NCBI GenBank assembly: GCA_963845755.1
Contig: CAWJTV010000020.1
Location: 64,001-128,000 of the forward strand
DNA length: 64,000 bases
Direction of reading: 5' to 3'
DNA from: an uncultured Planctomycetota bacterium
Lineage (GTDB): Bacteria > Planctomycetota > Planctomycetia > Isosphaerales > Isosphaeraceae
Part shown: piece by piece, positions 43,981 through 56,408 of the stretch
Layout: every line of letters starts with the position of its first letter
Position numbering within the stretch: position 1 is the stretch's first letter
Made by a program: the position numbers and the translations under genes
Notes under the pieces: generated by a model
Told to the model about the DNA's origin: nothing
What the model saw: only the letters and a program-made list of their open reading frames with translations
The model's database searches: none

Positions 43981-44526
43981 TTGCCCAACGCCCTCTATAT
44001 CCATCGCAGCGCCCTCGAATCGCTCGACCCGCTGCTCCGCGTCTCTGAGGGCTGCGCTAGAGCCTATCTCGGTGACGTCGAAAGAGCGAACCTGATCAAG
44101 CTGCACCGTCAATCCGGCAAGGTGTCCTACCTCGTCTACCCCGACTTCGAGACCGATCCCCACCCGGCCCTGTTGCGGAGCATCAAGCTCAACCTCCGCA
44201 CCCGCGAGATCGAGGGCACCGACTATGCCCCGAGCCCGAACCCGCCGGTCCTCCACCGCAAGCAGACGTTCCTGCTGCCCGACCACCCCTTGCGGGCGAA
44301 GTTTGAGCGGCTGACGCGCCAGGAGGAGCGGGCCGGGTTGCTGGACCAGACCGCAACGATCGGCACGCGGGAGGGGTGGGCGGAGCGGCTGCGCGCGAGG
44401 GGTTACGCGCTCCGAGGCCATCGGCTCGTTCGATGCAAGGTGAGGGATTGCCTCCCAGAGGCACGATCGGATGATGCCGAGTCCGGCGGCCCGGAGCAGT
44501 CAGGAAGGGCTGAGTCGGCCGGCTAA
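43981..44526 (+). pseudogene. C-terminal fragment of DNA phosphorothioation-associated putative methyltransferase (TIGR04096-like)
   Basis: LPNALYIHRSAL..LDPLLR..EGCA, NLIKLH...KVSYL.YPDF..DPHPAL..S, NPPVLHRK.TF, LTRQEE.AGLL, IGT..GW, GHRL. Confidence 0.8.
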
Positions 44527-44773
44527 CCGCCCGCATCGACAAACGGCCCGAACCAATCGAGCCGGTAAGTGAGGTCTTCGAGGAGTTCATCATAAGTCAC
44601 GCAGAAGATCCGCTTGGAATTGACGATGACATGCTCGCAGCGCCAACGCAAGCGGTCATATTCACCGACATTCATGTGCTGATTACGGACGATGAGTCAA
44701 GAAGAGCCTGGAACTCCGCGACCTCGGCCTGAGCCGCGCGGGGATCGAGCGCATGAGGCACGAAGTCGGGCAT
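44523..44773 (-). pseudogene. Shedu/DUF4263-like nuclease with a large internal deletion
   Basis: MPDFVPHALDPRAAQAEVAEFQALLDS joined out of frame to LIVRNQH..GEYDRLRWR.EHVIVNSKRIFCVTYDELLEDL; not in the ORF track. Confidence 0.5.
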
Positions 44774-44789
44774 GGGACGAATCCCTCCC

Positions 44790-45079
44790 CTTACTTGGCC
44801 CCAGCGATTGTTTGTAGGGTCTCATGGTGGACGATGTCGGCAACCTCCGGGGGCTGGCCCGGGCGCGCGGAAATCAGAATCCTCCAGCCACCATCGACCG
44901 GTATCACGTAGAACGTCTCCGACACGCCTGGTCTCCTGACCGCGCGCGCGTCACTAGCTCAAAGAAAACTTGGCGAGGGTCTCCAGCCGCTCTCGGATCG
45001 CCACCTGGTCGGCTTCCGGCAGTTGGTGGAAGGCGTTGAATGCGCGATAGTGCAGCCCGAACCCAGCGATTTCCATCAT
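44790..45079 (-). pseudogene. small RelE-like hypothetical gene with an internal stop
   Basis: MMEIAGFGLHYRAFNAFHQLPEADQVAIRERLETLAKFL*...FYVIPVDGGWRILI....PEVADIVHHETL; directly upstream of the Shedu-like remnant. Confidence 0.35.
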
Positions 45080-45182
45080 CGGCCCCCTCAGCCTCGACCC
45101 CGCGCCGTTTCTTCTCGGGGCGGACGTCTGCCTACCAGACTACATTCTACGTCAGGATTCCCACCCCGCTCAAGGTCGGGAG

Positions 45183-45878
45183 TTGTTCGGCGCTGCTCGA
45201 CGAACGGGCGACCATCGGCACGCGGCCAGCCGGCAGCGGCGCAAGGTCGCGGCGCCGCGCCAACGGGTCTCGGAGGTCCGGTTCGAGGAGAATCGGGAGC
45301 TGCTCGAACCGTTCCAGGCGACGATCTCGGCCTTCGGGCGGCTGCCGGAGGCCGACGAATGCGCGCAGGCCGACGAGATCATGGCCCGGTTCGGCTCACT
45401 CAAGCTGGCGTTCGCCCTGGTGAAGCGGGTGACCGGCGGCGACGACTGGGACGCAATCGCCCGGAGCAGCACCGAGGACCTGCTCGTCTACCTGTCCCTC
45501 GGCCGCTTCCGGCGACGTCCGCCGATGTCCGCTGTGTCGATCGGACTCCAGCGGGACATCCGGTCGTTCTTCGGCAACGATGCCAGCGCCGGCCGCCCGG
45601 CCGACGACCGGCTGTTCTACTTCGGCGATGCCGAGACTGTCCATGGCGCCTGCGGCCGCTCATTTATCGGCAGGCCACTGCGCAGTACCGTGTATCGGCA
45701 CCGCAGCGTCCTGGAACCCCTCGACTCGCTCCTCCGCGCCTCTGAGGGCTGCACCCGGGATTACCTGGGTGAAGTCGCAGGCGCGAATCTCATCCACCTG
45801 TCCGATCCGGCCGGTCGCCTTCGCGTGAATCCGAAAACGGCTGACTTTCCGAAATGGGTCCGACGGCGTTCCTCCTGA
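45183..45878 (+). pseudogene. DNA phosphorothioation-associated putative methyltransferase remnant (copy 3, catalytic region deleted)
   Basis: LLDERATIGTR (other frame), then RVSEVRFEENRELL..GRLP, EDLLVYL.L.RFRRRP, LQRDIRSFFG, Y.HRS.L..LD.LLR.SEGC. Confidence 0.75.
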
Positions 45879-46913
45879 GTTTTCGACTACACTTGCGTGA
45901 GTGGATGGTCTGCGGCCTGTCCTTGATGACTTGGGCCGGGCCGGGGTGGTCGAGCAGTCCCCGAAAGGGCGTCAACAGGAAACGAGGTATGGCCAGACCC
46001 AATCCAGAGTGATCTGCACCAATTCATTAATGCGTGATTGGTGACATTCAGATAATCGTTACCACCCCCCGATTTCTCCTGGCCTTTTTTTTGCCCGAAG
46101 CGGCGGAGTGTCCGCGAAACTTCGTATAATCAAGTGGTCAGGTCGTCCTGTTGGCGTTCGGGGTGCGCGAAGAGAATAACGAAATCGAGCCGGAGAGATC
46201 GGGGAGTTCAAAAGGTTGGGTGGAATTTCGACCAATAACGAAGCCAACGGCGCCTTAATAGTTAGGGGACAAGTGGCGGCTAGTGGGACGAGACGCTGTG
46301 CGAAACGCACAAAACAAAGCCACGATTGTAAGATTTGGGAAGAATTTGACGATTGTAGCGAGGTGTGGATGGAAGACCCCAGGCTCCTGACCAGCGGATC
46401 GGCGAAAAACGAAGCCAAGATCGAGAAGTTGGGACGGTTTGTGATGGTTTCGACGGTTCGATCGACAGTATCGACGGTGCAGGCATGCGTCCTACTGCGG
46501 ATCTCCAACACGATCGACGATTGGGACTATCCATCATTGCATTATTCGATTCAAAACGCCTGGCAATAGCGAGACCGCATTATCCCAATCAATCAAGCTC
46601 AGATGTTCCTCGTCTTGACTTGGCGGGGAGGAGCGTGCAATGATATCCGTATTGCTTTAGAGGCCCGACGGCTCGTCAGTCGGGATGATTCACGCCTGCA
46701 TGATAGTATTGACGCGTATTATCAGCAAACCGGCCCCAAGATGGTCGCCGGGCTTGAACTGGTGGGGGTCGCGAGCGTAATAACAGGACTGACCCCAGTG
46801 AATCGATAAATGGTGTCATTCCGAATGGGTGTCTCGATGTCAGCGTCGAGGGGTGATCGGCCGGGTTGGGCCGGCTTCCTGGTTTGAAGCGGACGAGAGC
46901 AGGCATCAGCACG

Positions 46914-49900
46914 ATGGACAACGGGCGCACTTTACAATGGCGACGGCGCCGGGAACGTCGGACGACGTGCCGGCTGAGCTGTGAGGTGATGGAGCGCCGC
47001 CAGCTCTTGTCCGCGCTCATGGTGACCAACACCAACGACGATACCAATCCCCATTCGCTACGATGGGCCGTCCTCCAGGCTAATTCGAGCACGGGGTCGG
47101 CCACGATCGACTTCGACATCCCGGGAACCGGGCCGGCGACGATCACGTTGAGCACATCGCTGCCGGCCTTCATCAATCCCGTGGTGATCGATGGGGAGTC
47201 CGAGCCGGGATACGCGGGCACACCCCTGATCGAGATCAGTGGGGCGGGCCTGACGGGATCGGGGAACAACGGCCTTGTCATTGCGGCGGGGGGCAGCACG
47301 ATCGAGGGGTTGTCGGTCGTCGGCTTCTCGAATGCGGCGATCGTGCTAACGAACGGCGGGAGCAATGTGATCCAGGGGAATTACCTGGGCGTCATGCCCT
47401 CCGGCACGCAGGCGATCGCCAACGGAACGGGGCTGTCTGTGTTCGGCTCGTCGAATAACACGATCGGCGGCGGCGGGGCAGGCAACGTGATCTCCGGCAA
47501 TACCGGCGACGGGATCGAGATCCAGTCCGGGGTGACCACCGCGACCGGCAATCTCATTACCGGCAACCGGATCGGCACCACGGCCGACGGCAGCACGGCG
47601 CTGGGCAATTCCCACGATGGGATCGACATCCAGGGCGCCTCGGATAACTTCATCGGATCACCCGGACCCTCGTTCGGCAACGTGGTGTCCGGGAACCTGG
47701 GTGCGGGGATCAGTGTGTCCCAGACCGCCTCGGGTACGCAGATCGAGGGGAACACCATCGGCCTGGCCGAGGACGGTCGGACGCCGCTCGGCAACGGCGG
47801 CGACGGGATTGAGCTCGACGACGCACCCGAAAGCGTGATCGGCGGCCTCGGGGCGAGTGGGGGCAACCTGATCTCGTCCAACCAGGGCGACGGCATCAAC
47901 ACCTCCCGAGGATCCGACGGAACCTGGGTGGCCGGGAACTGGATCGGGACCGATGCGACCGGCAACCTCGCGCTGGGCAATCTCGGCAACGGGATCACCC
48001 TTGGTTCCTCGTCGAACACGATCGGAGGGACCATCGGCGGGGCGGCGAACGTCATCGAATATAATGGGACCGGCCGCGTGGGGGCCGGGGTCGAGCTCTC
48101 GGGAGAGGTCGACCAGGATCTGATCCTCTCCAACTCGATCTACGCCAATGCCGGGCTGGGGATCAATCTGGGGAGCGGGCCGACCCCGAATCACGCGCCG
48201 GGCACCCCGGGCCCCAATGATTATCAGAACTACCCGGCGCTGTCGCTGGCCCAGAGCGACGGGAGCCAGACGACCGTCCAGGGGACGCTCTCCGAAAGCC
48301 CGAGCTCCCAGTATTTCATCCAGTTCTTCGCCAGTCCGATGCAGGATCCGTCCGGTCACGGCCAGGGGAAAGTGCTGATCGGCTCCCAGTATGCCCAGAC
48401 CGACGTCCACGGGAATGCCACCTTCTCGATGACGCTGGCGACGTCCGCGTTCCCCGGTCAGTTCATCTCGGCGACGGCCACAAGCGCCACAAACGACACG
48501 TCGGAGTTCTCCTCCGACGTCCAGGTCCAGGGGCAGATCAACCTCGTGCTGTCGGGCTCGGCCACGCCCAACCCGGTGCTGGCCGGCGGGGCTCTCACCT
48601 ATACGTTCACCGTCTCCAACGAGGGTTACGAGAACGCCGATGGTGTGTCCCTGACGGATCAGTTTCCCGGTAGCCTCACGCTCGGGTCGGTCTCGACCAG
48701 CCAGGGGTTCCGCGTCCCGGTCTCTTCGCCGGGCCTGGTGGACGTCTACCTGGGCACGATCGCGATCGGCGCGAGTGCGACGGTGACCATCGTGACCCAG
48801 ACCGGCGGCGGCTCGGTGGGAACGATCATCGACTCGGCGACGGTCACCAGCCAGGAGTCCGATCCAACCCCATCCTTGGAATCGGCGTCCGTCACGACCA
48901 CGGTCCTGGCTGACGCCGATCTGTCCGTCGCGATAGCCGAGGGCCCGAATCCGGCCCTAATGGGCACCAACCTGACGTATACCATGACGTTGGCCAACCA
49001 GGGCCCGGACCCCGCCGCGAACGTGGTCGCCACCCTGCCCGTGGCTTCGGGTCTCTCATTCGTCTCGGCCACTGCGAGCGTGGGAACGGCCTCGTATGAG
49101 GATGGTCAGGTTGTCGTCACCCTGGGAAGTCTGGCGGTGAACTCCGCAGACACGGTCACTTTGGTCCTCCAGGCCCAGGCCCCCGGCGAGGTCCAGGAGA
49201 CGGCCTCGGTTACTAGCCAGGCCGACGATCCTAATCCGTCGAACAACGCCGCCAGCGTGACGACGGAGATCGACCCCGCCACCGATCTGTCGGTGCATGT
49301 CGCCGCCTCGACACCGGTCGCCGCGACCGGCGTGCCTTTCGATTATGTCGTGACCGTTACCAACAACGGCCCCATGGCTGCTACAAGTGTCGCCCTGAGC
49401 GACTCACTGCCGACCGGCGTCACCTTCGTCTCCGCCACGACCGATCAGGGCGTCGTCCCGAGTCAGGCCGGCGGCATTGTGACGGCGACCCTCAGCACCC
49501 TGGCTGTGGGTGCGTCGGCCAACCTCACGATCGTCGTCAATCCGACCGCGTCGCCGGGCGCGATCCTGACCGACTCGGCCTCGGTCACCGGTGAACCGGT
49601 CGAACTCGAATCCGTCCAATAACACGGCGAGCCTGGATACACCGATCCGGGGGGTGAGCGACCTGGAGATCGTCGCGACAGCACAGCCCGGAACGGTCGA
49701 AGTCGGCCAGCCGATGACCTATACCATCGCCGTGAACAATGTGGGGCCGGCCGATGAGCCCGACGCGGTCGTGAGCGGCTCGCTGCCGCCCGGGATGACG
49801 GTGAGGTCGGCGCTCCCGACTCAAGGCTCCGCACCGACGTTCAACCAGGGAGCTTTCACGCTCGATCTTGGCCCACTCCACGCCGATTCGAGCCAGCCGG

Positions 49901-51786
49901 CGACCATCACGCTGGTCGCCATTCCGGGCATCACCTCGGTCGGCCTGCAGTCGGCCACATTTGTGGTCCAGGGCCAGGACTACGATCCCGATACCTCCAA
50001 CAATACGGCCCAGGTCGCGAGCGACATCGAGCCCGTGACCGAATTGGGCGTCAGCATTACGCCGGGTCATGGCCCGGCCATCGCGCAAAGCAATTGGACC
50101 TACACCCTGACCGTCTCGAATGCGGGTCCTTCGGATGCCACCGGCGTGATCGCGACGTCCGCGCTTCCGGCGGGCGTCGAGTTCGTCTCGGCCTCATCCA
50201 GCGAGGGCTCCAGCCCCATCGAGCAGGACGGGACCATAACGGCCAGCCTGGGCGACCTCGTCGCGGGGAAGACGGCGACGGTCACAATTGTCGTCCAGCC
50301 GACCCCCGCCGTCGCCGCCGACGGGTCGATGGTCCTCTCGGCCGCGGTCCAGGGGGATGAGACGGACCCTAACCCCTCCAACACACAGACAACCCTGACC
50401 GTGCCGGTCATGCCCTCGGTGACCCTTGCAGTCCGCCTCGTGTCCACGCAGCCGTGGGTCCAGAGCGGCCAGACGATCACGTTCCTTGCGACTGTGAACA
50501 ATCTCGGGACGACGCCGGCCACGAACGTCGTCGTGAACCTCCCCTCGGTGAACGGCCTCACTTATGAATCGTTAACGGCCAGCCAGGGGAGCATGATCCT
50601 GGTCAACGGCCAGCTCGTCGGCCGGTTCGGTGCGTTGGATCCCGGGGCCAGCGCCACCCTGACCGTTGTCGAGCTGGCGACGGCCCCAGGAGACCTCACT
50701 CAACCGGCGTCCCTCTCGGATCCCGAATACAACCTGGATCCTCAAGGGGCTTCGACCAGCGCGACGGTCCAGGTCCAGGAGTCGGCGGGTACGGTCCAGT
50801 TCGCCGGCGGGAACGACTTGGTGAGCGATCTGTCCGGTGTCGCCGTGCTCTCGGTGGTCCGCCTCTACGGGGCCAGCGGCTCCATTACCGTCAATTACCA
50901 GACCATCGCCGTCGATGCGACGCCGGGCGTCAACTATCTTCCCACCTCGGGGACGCTCACCCTCGGGCCCGGGCAGACGTCCGCTTCCATCCAGGTTCCG
51001 GTCCTCAACGATCCCTACGAGAACCACGACAACTACGTCAACGTCGTACTCGAGGGCCCGACGGGAGGAGCGGTCCTCGGCGGAATGACCACGACCGTCC
51101 TTCGAATCGTGGACTCCGACCCCGACGTGACACCGCCGCAGGTCTCCGGCCTGAGCTGGGCCGGCTCCTCCGGTGCGATTTCGAGTTTGACGCTCAATTT
51201 TTCGTCACCGTTGGATCCAAATTATGCGTCGGATCCGTCGAACTACCAGATCGTCAATCTCGCGCTTGGCTCGGCCGTACCGATCGCCTCGGTCAGCTAC
51301 AACGCGACGACCGACACGGTCACGGTGGTACCGGCGGCGCCTCTACCCTCCGGCCAGTACGACCGGATCGAGGTCGTGGGCAGCGGTGCGGCAGCGGTCC
51401 GCGATCTGGCGGGGAATCTCCTCGATGGCAGCGGCTTTGGGATAGCCGGCTCGAACTACGTGGCGACGTTCGCCCAGGGCACTCGTCTGCAATATGTGGA
51501 CAACCGCGGCAATCGCGTCACGCTTCAACTCAAGGGAGCCGGATACCTGGAGCAAGTGCGAGACGCCTCGGGCGAAGGCATCCTGCTCGACGTCGTCGGT
51601 ATGGTCCCTCATCGGACGACCCTCTCGGGCAACATCAAGGCTCCCGGGAGGCACAAGAAAGGGCAGACGGACCTGGGCACGATCACGGGCCTCGGCCAGT
51701 TCGGCGACGTCCACGTGCTCCTCAAGACGCCGCCGTTCCGGGTCACGCAATTCCCGTTCGTGCGGCGTGGGAGCGGCGTCCTGTAA
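46914..51786 (+). CDS. giant (~1,620 aa) secreted protein: planctomycete signal, parallel beta-helix, ~6 DUF11 repeats, Calx-beta, C-terminal Ig-like domain; frameshift near 49600
   Basis: RLSCEVMERRQLLS; SLRWAV..AN; N.IGG..GN.ISGN repeats; LTYT.TV.N.GP..A..V..D.LP.G..FVS and DPNPSNN repeats; VNY.T..GTLT..PGQTS.SI.VP.LND. Confidence 0.88.
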
Positions 51787-51913
51787 GCCGGCAACTCCGG
51801 CGATGGCTGGTCCCGCGCTCTTGACGATCGGCGTGGTCAACGGCTATCTTTCGTGAGACATAACGAGTTAAACTCTTTGCATCAGAGTATCGCCGTCGAT
51901 GAGGCTCTGTACG

Positions 51914-52168
51914 ATGAAACGGATCGGACGAATCAAGATACGAGCGATCGGACTCATCACCCTCCTGATGATGCTGGGTGGGGATCGGGCATGGGCCTGC
52001 CCGAATTGCAAGGAAGCCGTATCCCTCCAGTCCGAGGAAGTCAGCAATCTCGCCAGCGGTTACAACTGGAGCGTACTCTTCATGCTGGTCGTGCCGTTCT
52101 CGATGATCGGGACAGGGGCTTTCCTGGTCCAGCGCGCGTCCCGACGTGGGAACCTGCCTGAACTCTGA
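51914..52168 (+). CDS. small membrane protein with CxxC (ACPNCK) and two hydrophobic segments
   Basis: Signal-like segment, AWACPNCKEA, GYNWSVLFMLVVPF TM. Confidence 0.65.
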   Translation: MKRIGRIKIRAIGLITLLMMLGGDRAWACPNCKEAVSLQSEEVSNLASGYNWSVLFMLVVPFSMIGTGAFLVQRASRRGNLPEL

Positions 52169-52219
52169 GGACCCAGGCTCGAGTTGCATACGCGTCTGGG
52201 CTCGTTCGCAGCCTCTCGA

Positions 52220-53195
52220 TCAAGTGGCTGCTATGGTCGAAGCGCGGAGCCGTCCGGTGTTGGTGTTCGCAGCCAAGTCGTCGATCATATCGCGAACCGC
52301 CTGTTCAATAGCAGCCTGCCAGTGTTGGGCGAATCTTGCCCGATAGGCCGGTCTTTCGTAAGCGTGCGTGATACCACGCGAGTTATTGATCAAGGCACCG
52401 AGGCCATGGGCGTCGAAAGCGGCGGCGACATCGCGCGAGGTGCCGCCCTGGGTGCCGTAACCGGGTACAAGCAGGAGGATATCGGGCATCGCGTCCCGCA
52501 ATTCGGCGAGTTCTCCCGGGTAGGTTGCGGCTACGACCGCCCCGACGAGGCTGTATCCGGACTCGCTCCGGTAGGGAGAAGCCCACTGACGGAGGCGATC
52601 GGCCACATGTCGATAGAGGGGTTGACCGTCGGACAGGAGGTCCTGGAACTCGACGGCCGATGCGTTGCTCGTCCGTACCAGGACGAAGACCCCCTTTTGC
52701 TCACGAGCGGCAACCTTGACGAAGGGCAAAACCCCATCGGAGCCCAGATACGGGTTTACTGTCAGGGCATCGGCATGCCACGAGGGTTCATAGCTACCCC
52801 CGACCGGAACCTTTCCCAGGTATCCGCCGCGCGTAGGCCTCGGCGGTCGAGCCGATGTCATTCCGCTTGCCGTCGACGATGACAATCAACCCCTTGGCGT
52901 GTGCGGATTCAACGCTTGCGTGCAAGGCCGCGAAACCCGGGGGACCATAGGCCTCGTAGAAGGCCGATTGAAACTTGACGGCGGGGACTAGGGGGGCTAC
53001 CACGTCGATGACCTCGTCACCAAAGCGGCGCAAGGCTTCTGAAATCCCCGCGCGATCCTCAGGGAACCGATCCAGAAAACCCAGCGGCAATTCCTCGGGC
53101 CTGGGGTCGATTCCAACCACGACCGGGTTTCCCGCTCGGCGGACCGCGACAAACAGTTGCTCCACGAAATGCACGGGTCTGTTCCCCACAACCAC
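52220..53195 (-). CDS. pyrF: orotidine 5'-phosphate decarboxylase; frameshift near 52825
   Basis: VVGIDP, PAVKFQSAFYE, DGKRNDIGSTAEAYA, TVNPYLG.DG, LVRTSN, GAVV.ATYP, LVPGYG.QGG, NSRGI. Confidence 0.95.
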
Positions 53196-53201
53196 ATGGG
53201 A

Positions 53202-53229
53202 TTGACAGGTTTCGGACGGATTTTACAAT
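53202..53229 (+). promoter_or_regulatory. sigma70 promoter for tRNA-Pro
   Basis: TTGACA-N16-TACAAT, 57 nt upstream of the tRNA. Confidence 0.65.
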
Positions 53230-53286
53230 CTTCCAGCAACCAGGGATAGACGGGGCCTCATCCTCCAGGTTATCCTGGCAAATGTT

Positions 53287-53362
53287 CGGGGCGTAGCGCA
53301 GTTTGGATTAGCGCGCTAGCTTGGGGTGCTAGAGGTCAGGGGTTCAAATCCCCTCGCCCCGA
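53287..53362 (+). tRNA. tRNA-Pro(GGG), CCA not encoded
   Basis: Acceptor CGGGGCG/CGCCCCG, anticodon stem CTAGC/GCTAG with loop TTGGGGT, T-loop GGTTCAAATCC. Confidence 0.96.
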
Positions 53363-53476
53363 CTTGACCTAAGGTTTTTGCTGAACACAACTAGAGTGTA
53401 CTTACCGACGGTCGGTAGCGCGGCATGATACCCCGTTCCCAAGTGTGTAATCTACACACTGTCGGAGGAATTTGCC

Positions 53477-54660
53477 GTGAGCCGACCGACCCGAATGCTA
53501 CGGACTCCACAGGCCTACGGAAAACGCCATTGTCATCATCCGCGGAGGATGCAATACCTTGGACTTTATCGCTCGGCCGAATCTCGCGTGGAGTACAACC
53601 GGCCTATCGACGAGTGGCTCTCCGTGTCACCGGAGGCGCCCCCGGCTTGCCGAGTTCGGATCAGGCAGACCTCACGGTCAACGACCTGATCCTCGCCTTC
53701 ATCCGACACTGTGAACAATACTACGTCAAGAGCGGCGAGGCTACCAATCCGATCAGAATGATTCGCCTGACGCTCACGGTGGTGAATCGCGTGTACAGAT
53801 ACTCGGCTGTCAGGGACTTCGGCTTCCTGGCCCTGAAGGAGTGCCGGGCTGAATTCGTCCGGATGGGACTCTCCCTCCGCGAGGTCAACCGCCGGACGAA
53901 CCTGAACAAGCAAATGTTCCGGCGGCGGATCGAGAACGATCTGGTCCCCGGCGGTATCTTCCACGCCCTCCAGGCCATCGCCGGAGTTCGGAAGGGGTGT
54001 TGCATGGCCCCCAAACGCGAACCGATAGGTCCGGTGCCGGCACGTGATCGACCGGACAATCGAGGATATCGGGATCACGCTGGCGGCAATGGTGCGGCTC
54101 CAGCGCGTCACCGTCATGACGCCCCAGCAGGTCGTCACGATCCGGGCGAACGACATCGACATGGCCGACGCCTCTCGTTGGGTGTATCGCCCGGAACGAC
54201 ACAAGATCAATCACCACGAGCAGACCCTGGTCGTGTTTCTTGGCCCGCGAGCGATCGATGCCATCCGGCCCTTCCTCCGCCCCGATCCCACGGCCTTCTT
54301 GTTCTCGCTCCTCCAGGCGGTAACCAGGCGTAACGCCGAACTCCGGGCCAACCGGAAGACAAAACTCTGGCCGTCCCATCAGACCCACCAGGCAAAGAGG
54401 CGGAAGGCTCGCCGAGCCAAGCCACCAGTGGACCACTACGACGAATCCACCTCCCGCCGGGCGATCGTGAGGGCTTGTGATCGAGCGTTCCCACATCCGA
54501 TGCTGAACAGCGTTCCTGCGGCCTCGTTGACCGAAGTACAACGTGCGGAGTTGAAGGCATGGCGGAAGTGGCATCACACGCACCCGCACCAACTCCAGTA
54601 GTTCGCGGGATCGTCGAACTGCCACCAGTTCGGACTCGCGGCAGCCCAGGCCGTCCTCAC
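53477..54660 (+). pseudogene. tyrosine integrase (planctomycete type), degraded, next to tRNA-Pro
   Basis: YLG.Y.S.ESR.EY.R.I.EWL N-domain; DFG.LALK..R; AMVRLQ..T.M.P..V..IR..DID; WVYRP..HK; VFLGPRA; HPHQL followed by Q* where RH is expected; at least 2 frameshifts. Confidence 0.85.
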
Positions 54661-55542
54661 CTCCCCCAAGCCAATTCGACTGTGCCTCTATCGACCTCTC
54701 CTTGTACGCAGATCATCACCCCTTGGACGCCGTGAAGAGTGGTCCCCATACTCTCTCTTGGCCATACCAACCGCTCCGTTACGTCCACGGGCCTTGCGGA
54801 GGCTCTTACGGCCATTGCCGACCGGATAATCCGCCCGGATTCCGGGACCGACGATCTCAGAAGCGCATAACATCGCGGGATCGAGTCGCGTGCTAAGGCA
54901 GAACGCCTCCGTGGTAGTGATAGCACGGAACGGGCGGCCAATCGCACGTCCGGATTCGTTAGCTGGTGCGGAGACCGATTGCGGGACCCGCTCGAGAGCA
55001 GTGTCGTCCAGGTCAAAGTATGTCTTCGCTCCCCGATCGTCACGGACATAGAGCCGCCCACCCACTCTCCACGACTTAACGCCCAAGTTCAATCGACCGC
55101 AAACGCGTCCGCTGCAAACGCGGCTGAGACGCCTCGCCTCAATCTTGCCACGACCACGCGGCCCGGCGGACGCGACGCTCACCTGGGAGGCGAGGGTCGA
55201 GATCAGGAAGACTCGAAGGACGCCGTGGAATCGGCTGGAGTGCATCGCGAGGGATCTTCAGGAGGGCAGCGTGGCCCGAAGGCTGGATTATCAAGGTGTG
55301 GACCTGGTGCGGCAATCCCCGGTGCTTCGTCAGATGACGGGCACTGAGATCCAGTCCTGCCGAGAACCCGCGCGACGCCCCCGCGCTCAAGGTCCCGGGA
55401 CGTTTCGCTGCGGCGGCCATGTCGCTCCCGAAGATTCTTGCCGTTAACGATCCTGCCGCCGGTTCGGCAGGTCATTTGCAGAGGGAGGGTTGGCGGTCCT
55501 TGCGAGCATCCGATGGCCCATCGCCAGGAGAATCTCCGACTT

Positions 55543-55779
55543 ATGTACTCCGTCTATCGCGCCGAACCCAAGCAACCATTGGGGGCTGCCAGGACCATCG
55601 ATCACGCGTTGATCTTGGTGGAAGCCAACGGTCCAGGTCGCTACGAGGTCTTCATGGTCGGAGACGCGTCGAGACACGTCTGTTTCGTGAGCACGCATGA
55701 AGACGGCACCTTCACCCTCGATCCAAGACGTGCCGGTGGTTTGATGGCGGTCCTGAGCAATACACTCACTCGGACCTAA
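55543..55779 (+). CDS. small hypothetical protein (similar to 57767..57994)
   Basis: MYSVYR....LGAARTID....VEANGPGRYEV.....DGTFTLDP. Confidence 0.55.
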   Translation: MYSVYRAEPKQPLGAARTIDHALILVEANGPGRYEVFMVGDASRHVCFVSTHEDGTFTLDPRRAGGLMAVLSNTLTRT

Positions 55780-56408
55780 TCGTGCACCTGTTGGGCTACG
55801 CATTCAGGTTCATGGATGGGTATGCTTGCGTCGCACGACGGTTGGGTCAAGTCTGGCCTTTACGGAGTAAGGGCCACGATGGAAGACCTCCTCGTAGACC
55901 TACAATCCCGCCTCGGCTATCGGCTCGCCCAAGGGGAAGCCGCCAGGCTGGTCGAGTTGGCTCGGTTTGTACACGGCCTCGCGTGAAGGCGGTGGCGAGA
56001 CCGAGGTTTGAGCCTGCCAACTGGGGCGCCTCGTGGTCGGAGGCAACCGTGCGCTAATTCGTTTGCTTAAGCCGAACCGGCATGGCCATTGCAGGTCATA
56101 TTTGTCTGCTTCGCGTTTCGAGCGTGCGAGCAAAGGACTTGTACCCGTACCCGGGGCCGCCTCGTGACCGCCGACCTGAGCTAGCCCGGTGTCGCAACTC
56201 AGACCCGCCGCGACCCAGTCTGATGGAGCGGCATCGACGCTTGCGGATGTTTCCTATCTAAATCCATTCGGTGATGCTGCGCGGTCGCCACTTAATCAGA
56301 GATAGGCCGGGAAGGCGCGACGCGAGTTCGGGGTGACATCCGACCATATCGGAGGGTCAAGCCTCGGCCCGGCTGAACTTCGACACCCTTCTCAGGGAGG
56401 TTCTGTCG

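Noticed and set aside
42400..45878. Functional DNA phosphorothioation (Dnd/Ssp) system
   Set aside because: Only methyltransferase fragments are present; no dnd or ssp genes are in the window.
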